Positions 58,020 through 64,000 of a stretch of 64,000 nucleotides of DNA are shown here, in pieces. The stretch covers positions 105,360 through 169,359 of the forward strand of contig JACKFN010000002.1 of NCBI GenBank assembly GCA_020632445.1, given 5' to 3'. Positions within the stretch are counted from its first letter, which is position 1. Each line of letters begins with the position of its first letter. Origin of the DNA: Candidatus Nomurabacteria bacterium. GTDB taxonomy: Bacteria > Patescibacteriota > Patescibacteriia > Magasanikbacterales > UBA922. A model generated the notes under the pieces. The model saw nothing but the letters and a program-made list of their open reading frames with translations. It was not told the origin of the DNA and did no database searches. Position numbers and translations under genes: made by a program.

Positions 58020-59167
58020 ATTTGTTTATTAATCATATCTGCAAGCACCTTCGCGGTATCGCCCATGCTTGTTTCTTTTCCAAAAAGTTTTATATTCAAA
58101 TTATTACGCTTTCCACATTCACGCATAAGCTCCATCCCCTCTTTTTCATTTGGCCCGGCACGTCTTACGACTATTGGATATGTTGGCTTCATCTCATCAA
58201 ACGCATCCACAATGCCCGCAAAGGTATCTCTGACATTGGTGAAATTGGCCACCACACCACAGAGCCACAATCCACGTAGTCCCGGTTTGGAAAGTACAAT
58301 TTTAGTAAGCTCATACACCTTTTCTCGTGGAGGATTGCCTGAATACTCCGTGTAATTGGCAGGTTTAAGCCCTACATCTGCCAAGGCGTCCATATTGGCA
58401 ATGCTAGCTCCTCCACCATTGAGGATAAGCCCAACATCACCGTCCATTTCAATATATTTTCCTGCAGTTCCTTGATAGTATTTTTCACCCCTATCAATTT
58501 CTTGGACCTGAACCTCGCGATCAGTAGGTGGACGTCCCATCATGGTTCGTGGTTCAAAATCTTCCCACTCCTGGTGTCGGAAAAATGCATCGTCGTCGAG
58601 TGCAATTTTGGCATCGGCGGCAATAAACTCTCCTGTTTTGGTTTTGATAAGTGGATTCACTTCAACGACACGACAATCCTGCTGCAAAAAACAATTCCAA
58701 AGCTCTTCGGCAAAAGGAATGTCCAAACCTAACACCTCACTCTTGATATCAAGATAGTACTTCTCAATTTTTTCTTCTGGAACGTCTTCGATATCCATGC
58801 CCCCATCTTTGCTATACACCAATATTGGAGTTTTTGCGTTGGTATCATAGGTGATCGAAAGATACTGTTCCTCATCAATATCAACTTTTTCTTCCACACG
58901 AACATACGCGACGTGCTGCCCTCTGACCTCCATAGCAAAAATTTCTTGAACCGCTTTTTCAAATTCATCAAATCCACTACACAAACGAATCGCACCATTT
59001 TTTCCACGCTTTCCAATCAGTACCTGCGCTTTTACCACCACCTCGTCACATCTTAGCGCTTCATACTTTTGCAATAAATTTTCTCCACGTTTGACTTGAA
59101 AACCTCTTGGTACTTTGATGCCATATGTTTCAAGCATGTGTTTTCCCTCAAACTCGTATAAATTCAT
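58016..59167 (-). CDS. Succinyl-CoA synthetase beta-subunit-like ATP-grasp subunit
   Basis: The N-terminus MNLYEFEGKHMLETYGIKVP resembles SucC (MNLHEYQAKQLFARYGLP). It also carries VVKAQVLIGKRGKNG and DVGLILNGGGASIANMD. Confidence 0.8.
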   Translation of the reverse strand: MNLYEFEGKHMLETYGIKVPRGFQVKRGENLLQKYEALRCDEVVVKAQVLIGKRGKNGAIRLCSGFDEFEKAVQEIFAMEVRGQHVAYVRVEEKVDIDEEQYLSITYDTNAKTPILVYSKDGGMDIEDVPEEKIEKYYLDIKSEVLGLDIPFAEELWNCFLQQDCRVVEVNPLIKTKTGEFIAADAKIALDDDAFFRHQEWEDFEPRTMMGRPPTDREVQVQEIDRGEKYYQGTAGKYIEMDGDVGLILNGGGASIANMDALADVGLKPANYTEYSGNPPREKVYELTKIVLSKPGLRGLWLCGVVANFTNVRDTFAGIVDAFDEMKPTYPIVVRRAGPNEKEGMELMRECGKRNNLNIKLFGKETSMGDTAKVLADMINKQI

Positions 59168-59877
59168 ATTACACTTGCCACCTTTAAAAAATTTTTAAAC
59201 AATTTCTCCCCTGTCCTTATGTGTACATCTTTTACTTCCTGAAACTCAGCGCGCAGCTGACCTGCATCCATTTTGCTAAGTTCTGGATGTTCCCGCAGCC
59301 ATTTTTCAAAAATGTCTTCATTAATTTCAAAATGACATTGCATGCCATAAGCACTATTTCCAATTTTTACAGCCTGATTACTGCAATGATCTCCAGTAGC
59401 AAGCACCTTCATATGTTCTACCAGCTCTACGGTGTCTTCATGAAGCTGGAAAAAATGCAATGGACTTTCGAGTCCGTCAAAAATCGGATCTTGCTTACCT
59501 TCCTTTGTCAGCGTAAGCGTGTACAAATTGCCATTTTTGCATTTCAAACCAATCTCTTTATCATAAAATGGAACCACAGCTCCACCAGCAGCCTTAACAA
59601 GCACTTGCAGACCAAGACAAATGCCTAAATACGGCTTGTCCTGCATAATCCATTTTTTTATGGTTGCAATTTGACTTTGCATTTTGGCGGTTTCATCGTT
59701 CGCGCTATCGTATCCACCCAAAACAATCATAGCGCTATACTCCTCGAGTTCTGGAATTTCTTCACCGTTATTCAAGTCCACCTTTGTATAGGGGACATCC
59801 CGATTTTCGAGCCAATCAAACACAAATCCTGGACGCTCACGAGTAACATTTTGCAACACAAGCACTGTTTTATCCAT
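59164..59877 (-). CDS. Class I glutamine amidotransferase domain protein
   Basis: The nucleophile elbow is LGICLGLQ. His/Glu are present in CHFEINED. Confidence 0.7.
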   Translation of the reverse strand: MDKTVLVLQNVTRERPGFVFDWLENRDVPYTKVDLNNGEEIPELEEYSAMIVLGGYDSANDETAKMQSQIATIKKWIMQDKPYLGICLGLQVLVKAAGGAVVPFYDKEIGLKCKNGNLYTLTLTKEGKQDPIFDGLESPLHFFQLHEDTVELVEHMKVLATGDHCSNQAVKIGNSAYGMQCHFEINEDIFEKWLREHPELSKMDAGQLRAEFQEVKDVHIRTGEKLFKNFLKVASVI

Positions 59878-60235
59878 ATGATTCTTGCAAAGATGGTGAA
59901 TTTTTCAGATCAATCCGAAACTCTTTTCCCCAATCCTGCATACCAATTGATGTATACCAACCATGGACATGATCCTTGCCGTAGCGACTATTTGCAACCA
60001 ATTTGTAGCAACCAAGTTCCTTGGCCTTTTCCATAACGGCTTGCACCAAACTCTTTCCATACCCTTTTCCCCTGTGTTCTAACTCAACGTACACATTTTC
60101 AAGCAAGCCATATGGTTCTTTGTGCTTATTATTTTGAATAACGACCAAAAACGCAAACCCCACTTTTTGACCATTTTTTTCAATAAAAAACTCAAGAGCA
60201 TAAGTGTCACTTCGTTTTGTAAATGCTAGACTCAT
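59870..60235 (-). CDS. GNAT-family N-acetyltransferase
   Basis: It carries VYVELEHRGKGYGKSLVQAVMEKAKELG. Confidence 0.75.
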   Translation of the reverse strand: MSLAFTKRSDTYALEFFIEKNGQKVGFAFLVVIQNNKHKEPYGLLENVYVELEHRGKGYGKSLVQAVMEKAKELGCYKLVANSRYGKDHVHGWYTSIGMQDWGKEFRIDLKNSPSLQESYG

Positions 60236-60240
60236 AGTCC

Positions 60241-60753
60241 TTATATTCTTTTTTCTGCCTCCCTTAAAATAGCTAAATCACGAAGCCGAACATACTTTCC
60301 GATGTAATCCCTGGGATCATCAGCCTCCATGCGGTCAGTCGCGTCACCAAGCGTCATCCACTTGAGCTCAAAACCGTCCTCAATTTCTTCCTGGGTAAAC
60401 TCTACATTCTGTAATGGACCGCTTACCGCTGCCAAGTACGCATACGAAATTTGAATTTGCTCATACCGATCTCTATACTCAATAGTTATGCCGAGGGACT
60501 CTCCGATTTCTACAGGAGCACCAGCTTCCTCAAGCAGCTCACGTACAAGTGCCCTATGAATTTCTTCATCTCCCTCAAGTCCTCCACCAGGAAGCTTGTG
60601 ATACTTATGTTTGGTTACTGCCAAAACAGCTATTCTCTTTTCTGGATCAAAAACTACTGCACGCGCAGCCTTTCGAAGCTTGTACGGTTTGAAAAAGCTT
60701 TCTGCTTCACCCAGGCCGATAGTTTTATCACTTATTTCCTTGAGGAGTTCCAT
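60241..60753 (-). CDS. NUDIX hydrolase
   Basis: The Nudix box is GGGLEGDEEIHRALVRELLEEAGA. Confidence 0.8.
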   Translation of the reverse strand: MELLKEISDKTIGLGEAESFFKPYKLRKAARAVVFDPEKRIAVLAVTKHKYHKLPGGGLEGDEEIHRALVRELLEEAGAPVEIGESLGITIEYRDRYEQIQISYAYLAAVSGPLQNVEFTQEEIEDGFELKWMTLGDATDRMEADDPRDYIGKYVRLRDLAILREAEKRI

Positions 60754-61159
60754 ACAATTGATTTCTAAACTTTTTTGAAGACATCATGAAAATGATAATA
60801 AGTGGCAAAATAGCTGGAAGCTCCCCTTGGCCAAGCGCAGAGACTATCATAAGCGCCCAAACTATCATTGCCACCACATACCAGTTTTTTTGTCTCTTTT
60901 GCAGCGCCAGCAAACTCAAAACGCATGCAATCAAAGCAAAAAATACAGGACCTGATACTTCACCAGCCCGCACAAATGCTTCATCATAGTTTAGCCCCTC
61001 TTCAATAAACCCAGCTCGATATCCCTGCCAAAAAGGATGCAAACCCTGTGTATCTGCTCCTGCAAGCCAAATCACTATGCCAAGAAACAGCACAGACAAA
61101 ACAAGTTCGAGCTGAATCAATCTTTTTGTCCAGGTAAAAAATTTGCTTTTCATATGCAT
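60728..61159 (-). CDS. Hypothetical membrane protein
   Basis: 143 aa with four hydrophobic helices. It overlaps the NUDIX ORF, so the start of either may differ. Confidence 0.35.
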   Translation of the reverse strand: MHMKSKFFTWTKRLIQLELVLSVLFLGIVIWLAGADTQGLHPFWQGYRAGFIEEGLNYDEAFVRAGEVSGPVFFALIACVLSLLALQKRQKNWYVVAMIVWALMIVSALGQGELPAILPLIIIFMMSSKKFRNQLYGTPQGNK

Positions 61160-61173
61160 ATTGATGAATTATC

Positions 61174-62151
61174 TCATTTCATTATATCACAGAGCACTCT
61201 GCCAAGTTTTTGTCCATCATGACGAACAAGACTCCGTAGCAAAGTATCACCATGATCTTTTTTAACAACTTCATCTGCGACCACATCAGCTCTAACAACG
61301 ACATACTTGTCCTCCTGCAAATCATCTTTTGTTGGTTTGCGTCCCATCTCGATGTATTTTTCAAGTGCATACACCGGAAAATCTCCTTTGTGTGCCACAA
61401 CCACATCGGGCATCCTTCCAGAATATTGCTCGATGACATCCACCATTTCTGTCAGCCCCATGTCATCAGTCTGACCATGTTTTTCAATGAGGTTAGTGAT
61501 AAAAATAAACTTCCCTGTTGACTCCACGATGGCCTGCGGAATCCCATCAATGACGATATTAGCGATAGTAGTCGTATAGAGATCTCCCGGACCTGCAATG
61601 ATGTAATCAGCATCCACAATAGCCTGAACTGCCTTGTCATGCGCTTTGGCGAGTGGCTCTAACCGAAGCGACGATATCTTTCGACTCCCATCATGCTGTG
61701 GTTCATCGATCAAATGTTCACTCTTTATCTCAGTTCCATCCATATACTTGGCGACAAGCTGCGTTTGATCAAGAGTGACAGGAATTACCTTCCCTTTGAG
61801 TGAAAAAAGCTCAGAAAGTGCATCGATGGCATCTACTTCTCCCCCGCGAAGATCACACAGTGCCATCATAATGAGGTTTCCAAGCGTGTGACCAGAAAGA
61901 CCATCTCCTTTTGCAAATCTATACGTAAAAAGTTGTCGCAAAGTGTCGTTTCCTTCGCTCGCAAGTGCAATAATAGATTTTCGCAAATCAGAAAGTGGTA
62001 AAAGGCCAAATTCATCTCGAACTATGGCATTGCTTCCACCGTCATCGGTCATACTCACGATCACAGAAAGATCAATATCAACTCGATCTTTGAGCCCAGA
62101 CAAAACGGCAATCGTTCCTGTTCCGCCACCTATGACAACAACTTTTTTCAT
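61174..62151 (-). CDS. YvcK/CofD-like (UPF0052, gluconeogenesis factor family) protein
   Basis: It carries VVVIGGGTGTIAVLSGL and SMTDDGGSNAIVR. The start was chosen at MKKVVVIGGG, which overlaps the upstream stop as ATGA. Confidence 0.75.
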   Translation of the reverse strand: MKKVVVIGGGTGTIAVLSGLKDRVDIDLSVIVSMTDDGGSNAIVRDEFGLLPLSDLRKSIIALASEGNDTLRQLFTYRFAKGDGLSGHTLGNLIMMALCDLRGGEVDAIDALSELFSLKGKVIPVTLDQTQLVAKYMDGTEIKSEHLIDEPQHDGSRKISSLRLEPLAKAHDKAVQAIVDADYIIAGPGDLYTTTIANIVIDGIPQAIVESTGKFIFITNLIEKHGQTDDMGLTEMVDVIEQYSGRMPDVVVAHKGDFPVYALEKYIEMGRKPTKDDLQEDKYVVVRADVVADEVVKKDHGDTLLRSLVRHDGQKLGRVLCDIMK

Positions 62152-62582
62152 AACAATTCTATTATCTGCTCTAAACCCTGAACTACCTGTATTTCTTGTG
62201 GAAACCGCACTCCAAAAATACCCACAAAATCCATATTGGCATATCGCGCAGCATCGCAATCACTAATCGAATCTCCAACGACCAAACACTCACTTGATTC
62301 TAGCTGCAAGTATGTTGCGCAGAGCAAAAAAATTTCAGGTGCTGGCTTGGCCATGTACTCCACATCATCAATTCCCACAATCACATCTACCATCTCTTGC
62401 AAGCCATATTGCTCTGCGTATGAAAGAACTGTTTGGTGCTTCAGGTTAGAACCTATGGCCGCACTGATCCCTTTGTTCTTAATATACTCCAACACCCTTT
62501 TTGACTCTACAAAGTCAACATCCAACACTCCTTGAAAATCAAAAATGATTGCTTTGTACTTGCTTTGCATCGTTTTTTGCAT
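62148..62582 (-). CDS. Short HAD-superfamily hydrolase-like protein (capless)
   Basis: Motif I-like is AIIFDFQGVL (second Asp replaced) and motif IV is LVVGDSISD. It is only 144 aa. Confidence 0.45.
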   Translation of the reverse strand: MQKTMQSKYKAIIFDFQGVLDVDFVESKRVLEYIKNKGISAAIGSNLKHQTVLSYAEQYGLQEMVDVIVGIDDVEYMAKPAPEIFLLCATYLQLESSECLVVGDSISDCDAARYANMDFVGIFGVRFPQEIQVVQGLEQIIELL

Positions 62583-62722
62583 ATCTTCTAATTGTGTGTT
62601 TCGCGATTCCGGTAAACTTTAGTCTGTGGCTACAGATGACCATACTCCAAAGGTCGCGGTGATCAGAATCAAGCGACTTTGTGGCATAGTCATCTGCAGC
62701 CAATAGAATCCTAGACCGATAG

Positions 62723-64000
62723 TTATTCCACCGTAACACTCTTCGCCAAATTCCTTGGTCGATCAACATCTCTCCCCAGCCCGACCGCAACATAGTAGGC
62801 AAAAAGCTGAGTTGGGAGTGTATTGAGAAGCGGTTCAAGGAGTTCCATAGTAGGTGGAACGTAGATAATATCATCAGCAAGCTCTTTTGCACGGTCATCG
62901 CCCTGGGTCGCGATCATCACGATCGGCCCCTTTCTTGCACGAACTTCTTCGATGTTGCTACGCATTTTTTCATAAAGTTGATTCTTAGTCATGATGGCGA
63001 ACGTTGGAAATTCAGGGCTTATAAGCGCCAGCGGTCCATGCTTCATTTCTCCACCAGGATAACTTTCCGCATGTATGTAGCTTATTTCCTTGAGTTTTAA
63101 AGATCCCTCAAGTGCCACAGGGAAATTAATTCCCCTTCCCAAGAATAAAAAGTCCTTTGAGTTTTTGTATTTTTCAGCAATTGCTTTGATCGTTTCCTTT
63201 TGTGACAAAATAGCATTCATTTTTTCTGGAATTTCCAAGAGCGCTTCAATCAATCTCTTTCCCGTGGCAACACTCACCCTCCTTGCCCTTCCGAACTGTA
63301 TGGCATACAACAAAGATACGGCAATCATGTTGGTATATGCCTTGGTAGATGCCACCGCAAGCTCCGGACCTGCATGGATATAGGTCCCACCGTCGGTTTC
63401 GCGAGCAATCGTCGAACCAATGACATTTACAATACCGCGAACATGTGCACCTTTTCGTTTTGCTTCTCGAAGCGCGGCAAGGGTGTCTGCAGTTTCACCA
63501 GATTGTGAAATTACAAAAACAAGTGTCTTGTCATCAACAACAGGATCTTTATAACGAAATTCACTAGCCACTTCTACTTCTGCCGGAATCCCCACCAATC
63601 GTTCAAAAGCATACTTTCCTACCATTCCAGCGTAGCTTGCCGTACCACAGGCAATAAAAATTACACGGTTAATCTCTCGCATTTGCTGCTCACTCATGCC
63701 AAGTCCTCCCAAAATGGCTGTTCCGTTTTCCAGGTCGAACCGACCACGAATGGCGTCTTCAAACACGGTAGGCTGGTCATGAATTTCTTTGAGCATAAAA
63801 TGGTCATAGCCCTGTTTTTCTGCCTGCTGCTCATCCCAATCAATATTTTCTACGACCTTTGAAATGGATTTGCTTTGTAAATTAAACAAACGAACATTTC
63901 CAGAAGTTACCTCTGCGATCTCACCATCCTCGAGAAAAATCATTTGCTTGGTGTAAGGCAAAATTGGTGTTGCGTCACTAGCAATAAAATTCTCATCCTT
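62723..64000 (-). CDS. glmS: Glutamine--fructose-6-phosphate aminotransferase (isomerising). The C-terminal SIS domains are present; the N-terminal glutaminase domain lies beyond the right edge.
   Basis: It carries FIASDATPIL, DHFMLKEIHDQP, two SIS domains, and the diagnostic C-terminus LAKSVTVE. The reading frame stays open to position 64000. Confidence 0.85.
   Translation of the reverse strand, partial: KDENFIASDATPILPYTKQMIFLEDGEIAEVTSGNVRLFNLQSKSISKVVENIDWDEQQAEKQGYDHFMLKEIHDQPTVFEDAIRGRFDLENGTAILGGLGMSEQQMREINRVIFIACGTASYAGMVGKYAFERLVGIPAEVEVASEFRYKDPVVDDKTLVFVISQSGETADTLAALREAKRKGAHVRGIVNVIGSTIARETDGGTYIHAGPELAVASTKAYTNMIAVSLLYAIQFGRARRVSVATGKRLIEALLEIPEKMNAILSQKETIKAIAEKYKNSKDFLFLGRGINFPVALEGSLKLKEISYIHAESYPGGEMKHGPLALISPEFPTFAIMTKNQLYEKMRSNIEEVRARKGPIVMIATQGDDRAKELADDIIYVPPTMELLEPLLNTLPTQLFAYYVAVGLGRDVDRPRNLAKSVTVE

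Overview
This 64 kb window is gene-dense, low-GC (roughly 38-40%) bacterial chromosome, with most genes on the minus strand and compact operons with frequent stop/start overlaps. Composition and content fit a small-genome bacterium, possibly a Patescibacteria/CPR-like lineage, but the taxon cannot be established from sequence alone.

Recognisable content, in order along the window:
- A ~11 kb minus-strand cell-surface glycosylation locus: a WbaP-like sugar phosphotransferase, three GT4 glycosyltransferases, a small membrane protein, an embedded lexA, and two giant single-pass membrane proteins with lysine-rich N-termini.
- An RNase P RNA (rnpB) with a consensus sigma70 promoter, sharing a bidirectional terminator with a convergent tRNA-Leu(GAG).
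- A lipid kinase, a bactofilin and an orphan histidine kinase.
- A MazEF-like toxin-antitoxin pair.
- A valS / kinase-like ATPase / tyrS / argS operon.
- A lower-glycolysis block: gap, pgk, a SIMPL-domain protein, eno, and two tandem iPGM (gpmI) paralogs.
- tsf-rpsB with a consensus promoter.
- A DsbA-like protein, a Cys-rich secreted protein and uvrA in a tight operon.
- rplS, an isochorismatase, gmk, rluD and a tRNA-Ile with predicted anticodon UAU.
- A histone-H1-like protein built of 51 bp tandem repeats.
- A PHP / zinc-ribbon protein resembling endonuclease Q.
- Two TrmB-family regulators, an orphan LivJ-like binding lipoprotein, and a cluster pairing sucC/sucD-like genes with a truncated citrate-synthase-like (citryl-CoA-lyase-like) gene.
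- A 5'-truncated glmS at the right edge.

The most striking pattern is three sharply bounded high-GC islands (about 16790-18290, 26030-26650 and 32440-33335). Each sits in an intergenic gap of the AT-rich backbone, each carries GC3-rich coding sequence, and at least two are driven by AT-rich native-looking promoters. The cargo is a FabH-like condensing enzyme, a three-ORF translationally coupled micro-operon of tiny membrane/Arg-rich proteins, and a 282 aa membrane-anchored hypothetical. This is consistent either with horizontal acquisition from a high-GC donor or with assembly chimerism.

No CRISPR array, transposase, integrase or rRNA gene was seen.
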